Shown piece by piece: positions 1 through 12,100 of a stretch of DNA of 64,000 nt. The stretch comes from Macrostomum lignano (taxonomy: Eukaryota), in assembly GCA_002269645.1 (NCBI GenBank), contig NIVC01001650.1, positions 1 to 64,000 on the forward strand, written 5' to 3'. Each line of letters begins with the position of its first letter. Positions within the stretch are counted from its first letter, which is position 1. The translations under genes were made by a program, and so were the position numbers. The notes under the pieces were generated by a model. The model was not told the origin of the DNA and made no database searches. It saw only the letters and a program-made list of their open reading frames with translations.

Positions 1-682
1 TGCAGGAATGCACAAAACCGTGCAGGATGCATTTCTGCGCCTAATGCTTTTTCAGTGAATTTTACCATAGACAATCCATTCAATGCACGCAAAAGAGTGC
101 AAGAATGGCCATCTTGCATGGAAAATCAGCCGACAATGGCTATTATCTTATACTTTATGCTTCCCAACGGGAAGATAGGAATGGACACTGTTTTCGTACC
201 AAATTTGAGTTATCACAATCAGTTGTAATTCCAGACTCCACATGTAGTTTTTGTACTCTATCGCCATTTATTCATGCTGCGTATTGTGGGCGGGGAGTTT
301 GGAGACTTGGGTGGGAAGAGATTGTATAGGCTGGCAGTGGCAGAAACGGTGTGGTAATGCTTTGAATGGACGGAAAATTTACTGCATCAAAATTATTAAA
401 AAAGTCTCATAGGCTACTTCAATATTGCTTGTCCGCCGGCGACCCCTACAGCTGATCATTAGCATCTGCACTATGCAGACCCGGTCCCACCGCCGGAGCC
501 AGTTAGTTCTACGGATATCTGTGTCCAAGTATAGAGAGGGCACTGCTTCTGCAAAGGCAAGGTCATAAATATTTAATGAAAAGTTGGCTGCGTTTAACGA
601 GAGGAATATTGCTGGGGGTTGCTGTCAGCGTGTGCACAGATGGTCTGGGAATTTCTGGCCAGAGATACTGCAATAGGTGTGT

Positions 683-972
683 TGCTCTGCACTCTGTGCT
701 TGATGGTGGCTGCTCTGCACTCTGCTTGATGGTGCTGCTCTGCACTCTGCTTGATGGTGGCTGCTCTGCACTCTGTGCTTGATGGTGGCTGCTCTGCACT
801 CTGTGCTTGATGGTGCTGCTCTGCACTCTGTGCTTGATGGTGCGCTCTGGCACTCTGTGCTTGATGGTGCTGCTCTGCACTCTGTGCTTGATGTGGCTGC
901 TCTGCACTCTGTGCTTGATGGTGGCTGCTCTGCACTCTGTGCTTGATGGTGGCTGCTCTGCACTCTGTGCTG
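683..972. repeat. ~28-bp minisatellite (GCTCTGCACTCTGTGCTTGATGGTGGCT)
   Basis: ~10 tandem copies with 25-28-bp variants. Confidence 0.95.
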
Positions 973-1402
973 TAAGGTGTTTTTTTTCTGGCCATGATCA
1001 TCAAATGTCACAAATTTTTTTAAATTTACGGCTTCAGGAAATTCATTAAGCAAATTGATTTTCATGGCTTTGTTCCGCTGCTGGCAATTGATTCAATTTT
1101 AATGACGCTGTCAAAGTGAGGGCGCAGGGGCTCTGAGCAGACAGAGAGCGCCAGTCATTCTACTGTCATGTCTGTAGGACTTTATTGTTTATTGCCTCTG
1201 TTGCCATGCAGCAGGCTAGAGATATATGAGACAGCGATACAAGACCCGGAGTCTACAGCTGTCAGAAAGACTATACCGCCGGTTCATGATTAACGAATGA
1301 TCAAGACAGGGCGCGGCAATGGCAATGGGGCATTTGAGGATTTTCCGTGTTTTGAATGACCAAAAAGTTAAATGACGTATTACAGAAGAGTGGACTCAAG
1401 TG

Positions 1403-1530
1403 CTTCAAGCTAAGTGCGATTGTGTCTCAGCTAAGTGAGAATCTATGTGTTTCAAGCTAAGTGAGATTGTGTTTCAAGCTAAGTGAGATTGTGTTTCAAG
1501 CTAAGTGAAAATGGATGTGTTTTCAAGCTA
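1403..1530. repeat. ~22-bp minisatellite (GTTTCAAGCTAAGTGAGATTGT)
   Basis: ~6 degenerate copies. Confidence 0.85.
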
Positions 1531-3156
1531 TAATTCATATCATCTGACTCTGTCTTTAGAAAAAGTTTGTAGCTCCTAGTTTAATTTTTTTATTTGATTA
1601 TTATGTTACTGCAGAAATATGAGTCATATTTGTAACAGCAAATTGCTCGCTCCTAACTTTCCTCTAATCTAGAGGGACGTCTTGGAAGAGAAAAAACTGA
1701 GGGGTAAACTGCCCCCATGACACTTTCGCGGTGGCCCAGAGTGTTCCTGTATTTTTTACTATTCATTGCTTTTACTATTACTTTTACTACGAGCTATTCT
1801 ATTGCAGATTATCCAGCTAAGAAAAAATGGGCATACATTTTTAGGTTTGCCTGGTTTTTCTCATTGAAACTATTCTTCGCAACGCTAATTGGCGCTGATC
1901 GGCCCTAAAACACTAAAGATCGAGAGCTAGTTGCAGTAAAGCACATGTAGAATCTTCTTAGGTTCACTTAAGTTAATTTAGCACTCTCTGCAGCACGTGT
2001 ATATACATGCAGTGACAGTATAAAACTGATTGCACATGTATGTACACACTGTATGTACATAATATGTCGCCCCTGGGTGAAGGCATCCAAACCCCAAGCT
2101 AACATATTTATCTTCTTTATACAGCAGAAGATCTAAATGAATCTACGTTGTCAGTTAACGCTATGCAAAGCAGCAGATTCTTTCACGGACTTGCATGTGT
2201 ATTTCCTAAACATAAACATATGCTGACTAAAGCTTTTGATTTTAATTCGAGGCTCTGGCAAGGGAATCAGTCGATGCTTTGGATTAAGCGTTTCGTGCAA
2301 GAAGCTACACCGCGAAGAATATTATACAGTTTTAACAAATTATTTTTAATTGTTTTTGTTTAACACGTACATATAATCAAAATAGTAAATTTGATTTCTT
2401 GATATTGTTATTTCTAATAACTGTTCTTTTATTAAGCAAAATATTATTCTATTTTCTGTAAGCAGTATAAATAAGGCATTTTGAATTCCTTCTCACTTAA
2501 TATTTCACTGAATGTCTGTCAAATTTGCCGAACAGCTATTTAGCATTTCTACTGTTGCAAGTGTATTAGATGTTTTTCAGAATGCTTATATACTACTAAA
2601 GGCTTACTACGAAATTATTTGTCGATTTCATAATTTAATCGATCATGTATACCATTTAAGCTAGACTTAGGTCACAAGTGCTCAAAACATAATTCAGGTA
2701 TTGTCGTGTATTGATCAATATATTTAAAACTATAAATTTTTAATTTTAACAGAATATACCGGATATTTTTGGTATTTCGATTAGCTTTATACGTCTCTAT
2801 TCTAAAATAAACGTACAAAACTAAAAACCTGCAAAGCATGCAGATGTAACATTAACAAGGATTATTAAACTTTTAATTTGTACAGAAACCTGACGTTTTT
2901 TGATAATTCCAAATAGTTGTAAAAAACCTTTGAGTTTAAATAGGTTAACAACTAACATTGCCAAAAAAATTGACAAAGCAAAGCCATCAAATTAAATTTT
3001 GAAATTGATTAAATAAGCAAAGATAAAGTATTTTAATATATTTTTTTTCAGACTTAAGCTGCATGATTGTTACTATTTTAAGTTTCACTCCTACAATTCA
3101 TTTATTAATAGCAATAACTTAGAAACAGTGCACTTTTTCTTCATGCCCAATCCAGC

Positions 3157-6100
3157 ATGAAATCCAGAGGTGTTCTCAAATGTCGCGATGAAGAGTACCA
3201 GCTCTGTCCAAAAATAACTACAATTGGGTCAACCGGATGCGACATCATTGTTGAGGTGATCTACAGAAAACCATTAAGCATTCAATGCTTAGATGCTTCA
3301 ATGCTTTTGGTTGTAGCTTTTACTAAGGCTTTGTAATCCTTGCATTTTTTCAGGCTGAAGGCACAGAAAGTCAGCACGCCATCATCGAGTATTCCGAAGA
3401 GGACGGCGGCTTCATTTTGAAAGACTTGAATACCGAATATGTGAGCTTGCCATGCTGCCTGTTTTGCCTAGCCTAGCGCTCAGAGCTAATGGCATCCAGT
3501 CTTTGACACAAGAGGCCTGTCATGAACATCTGCCTCAAAGTTGTGGCAAAAAGACAGACTTAACTTTATCATGAGAGACCGTTATGGGCCCAAGAATTCA
3601 GAATAAGCTTCAGGAGCAGTTGGTCATTGCCCCCCCCCCTGTTGGGGAGGCAACAAAGAAAGGAATAAAATTTGTTTGAATAAGCTACATGCAGGCTTTG
3701 ACCGTGCAAGTCGCTATTGCCAGTTTCTTAAGAAAAAAGATGTTTAACGCAAAAAGCATCAGTCTCGAAAGCCTTTGGCTCATGGCTCAACCCTAACTCT
3801 CCCTTTGACCTACCTTTGGCTTGGCCTACCAACAACCTTGGCATCTCAGCAACCGCCCTCCATGAGCCACACACATTTCAGTGATCCCCTATGAGCCTTG
3901 ACATCTCTGCAACTCCCTCGTGAGCCCTACAACTCTCATCTGTCCCCCACCAAGAGTTGAAGTAAAATCGAACCATGCTAAGTTACGACCATAACTGAGT
4001 TGAATTATAACCAAACTCGCCACCCCAGGGCACGCGCATCAACGATTGCCTCGTCCAGAACGCGGCAGTTCGGCTGAGCCCCGGCGACCAGCTTCGATTC
4101 GGGCAAGGGCAGGCCGTGTACCAGCTGGCTGTGCAGCAGCAGCCGGTGCAGCTCGGCCGCCCCCTGCCGAGCCTCCAGCCGGGCACCCCCGGTCTCATCC
4201 GCGGCGGCGGCAGCGGCGGCGGCGCAGGCAACTTTGCCAGCTTCGGATCCACGGCCGGAAGCGGCACCTTCAGGCTGGGCCGGCCGACCAGCGCCAGCCC
4301 GATGGTGCTGATGAGCGGCAGCAGCGGTCGGCGGCAGCAGCAGCAGCAGGAATTCGGCCAGCACGTCGGGTTCACCGTGCCGGTGATTTCAACCGCTACG
4401 ACAACCACCGCTGCCACGACGCTGCGAGTGCAGAGCGCTCGCGGGTCGAGGGCCCAGCAGCAGCAGCAGCAGCAGTGCCTGGATGAGAAGGACCAGCAGC
4501 TGCTGTCGCTGCAGCTCGAACTGCAGCGGTTCCGCTCGCTGGAAGCTGAGAGCCGCGAGAAGGACCGTCGAACAGAGGAGATGCGAGCCCAGCTGGCCGG
4601 GCTTCAGAGGCAGCTGGCGTCACTCAACGACCCGGAGCTGCGCCGCCGTCTGTCCCACCTGGAGACCGAGGTGGCGGCCAAGCAGCAGGAGGTGGCGCTG
4701 CTCAAGGAGCAGCTGCAGCGGGCCAGGGCCGACGAGAGCGGGCCGCCGGCGGCGACGAGGTGGCGGCCAAGACGGCCGAGCTGGCGGCGGCCCGGCTGGA
4801 GGCCAACAAGCTGCGCCGCGACGCCCAGGTGTCCGGGGGCCTCATCACCCAGCTGCAGCGAGACATGACCGGCAAGGTGAGGCTGGGTTCGCTCTGCATG
4901 CCTGGTTATCTGGGTGTTGGATTTTGGGGTGAGGGTATTGGGGTATTGGGTTGAGGGTATTGGATATTGGGGTGAGGATATTGGGGGTAATGAAGTGAGG
5001 CCGGAGGGGAGGGTATTAGGGTATTGGGGTGTTCAGGCGAGGGTATTGGGGTATTCAGGCGAGGGTATTGGGGTATTCAGGCGAGAGTATTGGTGTATTG
5101 TGGTGAGGGTTTGGGGTGAGGGTACTGGGGTGAGGGTATTCGGGTGAGGATATTGGGTTGAGGGTATTGGGGTGGAGAGTATTGGGGTGAGGGTATTGGG
5201 GTGAGGGTACTGGGGTGAGGGTATTTGGGTGAGGGTACTGGGGTGAGGGTATTCGGGTGAGGGTACTGGGGTGAGGGTATTGGGGTGAAGATGATGATCT
5301 ATTTTCTCTTACAAAATAAGAGCGAATCAAAACCTATTAGGTATTTAAATTTAGCCAAGCGCCGTCCTCTCACGCCCTCTACCCAGGACACGACAATCAG
5401 CCGGCTGAACCGCGAGCTGGAGACCCTGAAGGAGGAGGTGAAATCCCGCGACTTGACAATTTCGGCTCTGCAAGCAAAGGTGAGCTGGATATGGGCCTAC
5501 AGTATTGTTCCTGCGTCAATGTAATATGAAGCTCTAAGATCTATCAGCATCATCCTACTGTCAGTAGCTTGAACCTGAAAGTTGTGCATAGAAAATCGAC
5601 TGAAATGTAAAACCCATGAACTGAAAAAACCCGGGGACAAAACGGCAGTACCCGGAGGATTTCCGATGCCCGAGGCTTGTGCGATTCGAGGAGCGAACTG
5701 GGACCCGCCGGCCGCCTCAAAGCTGCCTGCAGCCTCCGATGAGGTTTAAAAACGCCTGGCGACGCGGCTCAGCGTCGCTGACGTCGCGCTACGTCACCGA
5801 CAGGAACAAAGACTTGCTGGCCGAGTTCGGCGCCGCGGCGGGCCGGAGCAGCTCGGAGCCGGTGCAGCACCCGCTGTGCGGCACGCTGTACATCCCGATC
5901 TCGCGGGACTCGCTAGACGAGAGCGGCGGCTACCACCTGGATGTGCATGTTAGGCCTGGCTGTGGTTCGCTTTGGCGCCTTCACGCAGCTGAAGTAGAAG
6001 GATGCTAAACTCGATTTCTTAGAAATCAGCTGTAGGCCCTTCAGCAACGCACCGATACCAAATGCACTATCGATACGTTCCTGACGGGCCTCCAATTTAT

Positions 6101-9100
6101 TTTTAAGAAAGTCGAGCGTAGCGTCACTCTACTGCAGTCGTCGTCACGGCTTCACAATGCTTTTCGTGAAGCACTTTTTCTTCGCCACTAGCATGGATTA
6201 ACGCGAGCTTTGTTGAATTGACCAGTGCAAAGTATGCATTCACAGCAAGTCTAGACCGCATGCCTCTGGTTGGTTTAAGAATGTACACGTCACACCTGCT
6301 CATAACTCACTAGCCTCAAGATTTTTCATTGAAATGTACATAGCGATTATACAATGAAAGAGAGCATGCGCTATTAAATGTACGCGATTTGAGTTTTATC
6401 TATTGAACCTAACACCCCACCGCCATCAGTTCGCCCGCATCAAGGACACCAAGCGGGAGGAGGAGGAACGCGAAGCTCGAGAAAAAGAGTTGATGGCGCT
6501 GCGCACGAAGTTCAAGGACGCCGAGGCGCGGGCCAACGGTCTTCAGGAGTCCTGCCGCCAGGCCAAAGAGGAATTGGAAGCCGCCAAGACTGTGGCGCTG
6601 CGCGAGGAATCAGCGAGGCAGAAGCTGCGACAGGAGCTGGACGAACTGCAGGCCCAGGTGGCCGACGGCCAGCGTACTGAGCGACTGGCCAAGGTGGGTT
6701 TGGATGGAATCCAGTTCATGCAGCCTCGTTTGCTTGCCGCCCTCAGCACACTCACCACCCCACAGCACACCCACCACACCACAGCACACCCACCACCCCA
6801 CAGCACACCCACCACACCAAAGCACACCCACCACCCCACAGCACACCCACTACCCCACAGCACACCCACCACCCCACAGCACACCCACCACCCCACAGCA
6901 CACCCACTACCCCACAGCACACCCACCACCCCACAGCACACCCACCACCCCACAGCACACCCACTACCCCACAGCACACCCACCACCCCACAGCACACCC
7001 ACCACACCACAGCACACCCACCACCCCACAGCACACCCACCACCCCACAGCACACCCACCACCCCACAGCACACCCACCACCCCACAGCAGCCCCCCTAG
7101 CCATTCTCACTGTCTCGCTCCACCTGCATGCAGGCGGACGCCCAGCACGCCACGCAGCGCCTGGAGCGATTCCGCAACCGCGTGGCCACCGTCGCCTACT
7201 CGGCGCCCGGACTACGCGTGCCCGAGCAGGAGGCCACCGACGACCAGCTGCTCGAGCTTCTGAAGCGCTCAGTCGAAGAACGCACCGAGTTTCAGCGTCG
7301 AGTTGGCGAACTGAAAGAGTCGCTGAAGTTGGCGGAGGCTTCGGTGACCAAAACCGACTCCGGCATTCAGCGCTGGCGAGTCCAGCTGAAGGATGCCTTC
7401 GCCAGGCTGACCGAGAAAGGCCGTCTGGCGCGAAACCTGCGGGACGAGCTGGCCAGGTTGACTGCCGAGTCGACCGAGGAGGCGCTGCAGCCGCTGCGGG
7501 ACGCCGTGCTGCTGGACCTGCAGGCGCAGGTGCAGTGGCAGCAGGAGATCGAGGACGCCGTGGAGCGATGCGGGGCTCCCGTGCGCCTGTCACCAGAATG
7601 TGAGTGCGGCGGCTGAGGTCCGGGTGCCGGGATCTGGGTGCTGGGATTTTGGTGCTGGGATTTGGGTGTTGGGATTTTGGTGCTGGGATTTGGGTGCTGG
7701 GATTTGGGTGCTGGGATTTGGGTGCAGGGATTTGGGTGCTGGGATTTGGGTGCTGGGATTTGGGTGCTGGGATTTGGGTGCAGGGATTTGGGTGCTGGGA
7801 TTTGGGTGCTGGGATTTGGGTGCTGGGATTTGGGTGCTGGGATTTGGGTGCTGGGATTTGGGTGCTGGGGTCTGGGTGCTGGGATTTGGGTGCTGGGGTC
7901 TGGGTGCTGGGATTGGGTGCTGGGATTTGGGTGCTGGGATTTGGGTGCTGGGATTTGGGTGCTGGGATTTGGGTGCTGGGATTTGGGTGCTGGGGTCTGG
8001 GAGCTGGGATCAGATTCTGTGACTTTCTATGAGATTTTGCAATCATCGTAATAAAATCATAAACAAAATTCTAATAATTTTTTTCGCAGCTGAGGATGCA
8101 ACCGAAGTCCAGCAGAGTAAGTTAAGGTGGCAATGAAACAGTTTTGATCAGCAAATTTTCTTCTCAAATAATTTACCTTATTACCTGTTGCCTAAAAATT
8201 CGCACCTGTCACTGGATGCTTTTTATGATAAATTCAGTAGTGAATTAGCCACAAATTTGCATCCATTGTTTGGTTCCTTGTAATTTTGCAATTTTGCCAG
8301 TAAGTAAGAGACGGAGACAACTGGAAGTAAAACTGATAGGAGAGGAGAGGAGAGGAGAGGAGAGGAGAGGAGAGGAGAGGAGAGGAGGAGAGGAGAGGAG
8401 AGGAGAGGAGAGAAGAGGAGAGGAAAGGAGAGGAGAGGAGAGGAGAGGAGAGGAGAGGAGAGGAGAGAGGAGAGGAGAGAAGAGGAGGAGAGGAGAGGAG
8501 AGGAGAGGAGAGGAGAGGAGAGGAGAGGAGAGGAGTGGAGAGGAGAGGAGAGGAGAGGAGAGGAGAGGAGAGGAGAGGAGTGGAGAGGAGAGGAGAGGAG
8601 AGGAGAGGAGAGGAGGAGAGGAGAGGAGAGGAGAGGAGAGGAGAGGAGAGGAGAGGAGAGGAGAGAAGAGGAGAGAGAGGAGAGGAGAGGAGAGGAGAGG
8701 AGAGGAGAGGAGAGGAGAGGAGAGGAGAGGAGAGGAGAGGAGGAGGAGAGGAGAGGAGTGGAGAGGAGAGGAGAGGAGAGGAGAGGAGAGGAGAGGAGAG
8801 GAGAGGAGAGGAGAGGAGAGGAGAGGAGAGGAGAGGAGAGGTGAGGGGAGGGGAGAGAAAAAATGAAAGCAGATTTTGATTTTCCGATTACTAAAGCGTC
8901 ATATTAATTTTTTGCTGACAACCGAACTCGAAGTTAAATTTCGAGTGCTGCAGCGCCAATCCTGTTGAGCACACTTGGCTTCAAACAGCCACCCCACCTG
9001 GCCTGCTCCAGTTTAGCGTGGAAGCAACTCGCACTGTTTTTCCCAAACCGCGGATTCCGCAGCCCCGGCGCATCACGTGACCCAGCTGTACTCGCGCTGG

Positions 9101-12100
9101 CAGGACGCCTTGAACGAGCGGGAGCGGCTCCGGTCTCGCATCGCCGAGCTGGAGTCGCAGGCGGCCGCTGACCGCGAAAGCTTGGAGGCCCGGCTGGCTG
9201 GCGAGACCGAAGCCCGCGTGGCCGAGGCGCTGGAGAAGGCGGCGGCCGAGGCTGCCAGGGAGCAGCAGCGAGTCATCGACGACGTGGTGGCAACGGAGAC
9301 GGAGCGGCGCGAGGCGGCGGTGGCTCACGAGCGCGGCACCATCGCGGAGCTGCAGGGCCGTCTGGCTGCGCTGCAACGCGCCCTTGAGGAGCGCGAGGCT
9401 GAGCGCGCCGATGATCTGAGCGAAGCGCAGTCGGCGGTGGAGCGCCTGTCGGAGAAGGAGGCCACCGAGGCCGAGCTGCGTCGCGACGTCGCCAGGCTGA
9501 CGGTCGAGAAGGAGGAGGCTCTGGCCAGCGCGGAGGAGCTGGTAAGGGCGGCGGAGGCGCGGCACGAGAAGGAGGCACAGGGCTTCAAGGACCAGGTGAA
9601 GCAGCACAGCGTCACCATCTGCCATATGGAGGAGCGCCTGACCAAGGTGAGAACTTCTTCACTTCTTCTGGGATGCTGCTCTGTGCGAGTCAGGGAGTGA
9701 CGACGGTGCACTGGAAGCCTTTGGGTCAGTGGGTTCAGCATCTCAAGTGGGTCAAGTATCTCAAGTGGGTCGAGCACCTCAAGTGGGTCAAGCATCTCAG
9801 ATGGGTCAATCATCTCAGGTGGGTCGAGCATCTCAAGTGGGTCGAGCATCTTAAGTGGATCAAGCATCTCAGATGGGGAAAAGCTTTTCAAGTGGGTCAA
9901 GCATCTCAGGTGGGTCGAGCTTCTCAAGTGGGTCAAGCATCTCAGATGGGGAAAAGCTTCTCAAGTGGGTCAAGCATCTCATATGGGGAAAAGCTTCTCA
10001 AGTGGGTCAAGCATCTTAAGTGGGTCAAGTATCTCAATTGGGTCAAGTATCTCAAGTGTGTCAAGCATCTCAAGTGGGTTGAGCATCTCAGGTGGGTCGA
10101 GCATCTCAGGTGGGTCGAGCATCTCAGGTGGGTCGAGCATACCTGAAGCACACAGTGGCAAGACCCGAACCCGCACCCGCTGCCCAGGTGGTGAAGCAGA
10201 ACAAGCAGCTGCAGGAGGAGCTCAACCAGGCCCGCCAGGAAGCCAGCGAGCTGCGAGGCCAGCAGGAGGCCGCCTCGGCCAGACGCCGAGAGGCGGCCAC
10301 CACGCCGAAGGTGATTGTGCAACGGCCGACAGCGGAGCTGGCAGTGATGGAGCGCACCGTGGTCGGGCTGCGGCAGGAGAACTCCAACCTGAAGGAGACG
10401 GTGCAGAGCCAACGACAGGAGATGGAGAGCCTGCGCCGCGACCTGCAGGGGATGTCAGCCCGGCTGTCAGACATCCGCGGCGAGCTGACAGATCAGCAGA
10501 AGGAGGAGCTCGAGGGCTCGAAGCACCGCCTGCGGGAGGTGGAGGCGGAGCTGGCCGAAAAGAAGGAAAAACTGGCAAAGCTGACTGAGGTGGCTGAGAA
10601 TCAGGTGAGGCTAGCAATATACCATATTGGCTAGGCTAGCAATCCACTCTATTGGCTAGGCTAGCAATCCACTCTATTTGGCTAGGCTAGCAATCCACTC
10701 TATTGGCCAGGCTAGCAATCCACTCTATTAACTAGGCTAGCAATCCACTCTATTGGCTAGGCTAGCAATCCACTCTATTGGCTAGGCTAGCAATCCACTC
10801 TATTGGCAAGGCTAGCAATCCACTCTATTTGGCTAGGCTAGCAATCCACTCTATTGGCCAGGCTAGCAATCCACTCTATTAACTAGGCTAGCAATCCACT
10901 CTATTGGCTAGGCTAGCAATCCACTTTATTGGCCAGGCTAGCAATCCACTCTATTAACTAGGCTAGCAATCCACTCTATTGGCTAGGCTAGCAATCCACT
11001 CTATTGGCAAGGCTAGCAATCCACTCTATTTGGCTAGGCTAGCAATCCACTCTATTGGCCAGGCTAGCAATCCACTCTATTAACTAGGCTAGCAATCCAC
11101 TCTATTGGCTAGGCTAGCAATCCACTTTATTGGCCAGGCTAGCAATCCACTCTATTAACTAGGCTAGCAATCCACTCTATTGGCTAGGCTAGCAATCCAC
11201 TCTATTGGCTAGGCTAGCAATCCACTCTATTGGCTAGGCTAGCAATCCACTCTATTGGCTAGGCTAGCAATCCACTCTATTGGCTAGGCTAGCAATCCAC
11301 TCTATTGGCTAGGCTAGCAATCCACTCTATTGGCTAGGCTAGCAATCCACTCTATTGGCTAGGCTAGCAATCCACTCTATTTGGCTAGGCTAGCAGTCCA
11401 CTCTATTGGCTAGGCTAGCAATCCACTCTATTTGGCTAGGCTAGCAATCCACTCTATCCGCTCCCAGGCTGCTCAGCTGGCCGAAGCTCGAGCCCAGCAG
11501 GAGAAGCACCGGTCCGCCCTAGGCCGCATGCAGTCGGCCCTGGATCGCACCGAGGTCGGCTCCAAGGACCTCGAGGCCCGTCTAGAAGCCGAGCGTTGCC
11601 GGGCCGATGAGGCTGCGGCGCGCACCTGTGAGGAGGAGCGAATCGCTGCCGAGATGTCCTCGCTGGGTCACCAGTGCCGCGGCGAGCGCCACGCCGAGGT
11701 CATCGCTCACCAGAAGGAGGCGCTCAGCGAGCTGCGAAAGCGGCTGAAAGAGCTGGAGCGGACTCGGCCGTCTGGTGAGCGAGTTCAGCTTCCTTATTCC
11801 TCTCTAGCCTACTCAGTATTTCCTCTGTTAGTGCACTTCTATTAGAAGTTCACAATTTTTTTTCTCAGAATCAGAACCTACTTCCCTACCCAATTTCATT
11901 GCCCAACCTCTCGACTGAGGGAGGATTTGGCCCAGGACAATGCACACTACCTGCCTTGGTCTCAGTCGCATCTCTACCCCATTTTATTGCCCAACCTCTT
12001 GATTGAGGGGAGGATTTGACCAAAGACAATTCACACTATCTGCCCTGCCTCAGTCGCATCTCTACCTCATTTTATTGCCCAACCTCTTGATTGAGGGGAG

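Noticed and set aside
420-660. Minus-strand AVPSLYL, similar to a THAP domain end
   Set aside because: No C2CH zinc ligands in frame.
4910-5288. TGAGGG/TTGGGG units as interstitial telomere relics
   Set aside because: No TTAGGG runs; a 14-bp unit is adequately explained as a G-rich minisatellite.
8270-8866. EERRG-repeat ORF resembling a charged coiled coil
   Set aside because: (GGAGA)n intronic microsatellite.
10609-11458. Regular 25-bp repeats (and other 20-45-bp arrays) as possible CRISPR arrays
   Set aside because: Head-to-tail units without unique spacers, no cas genes, eukaryotic intron context.
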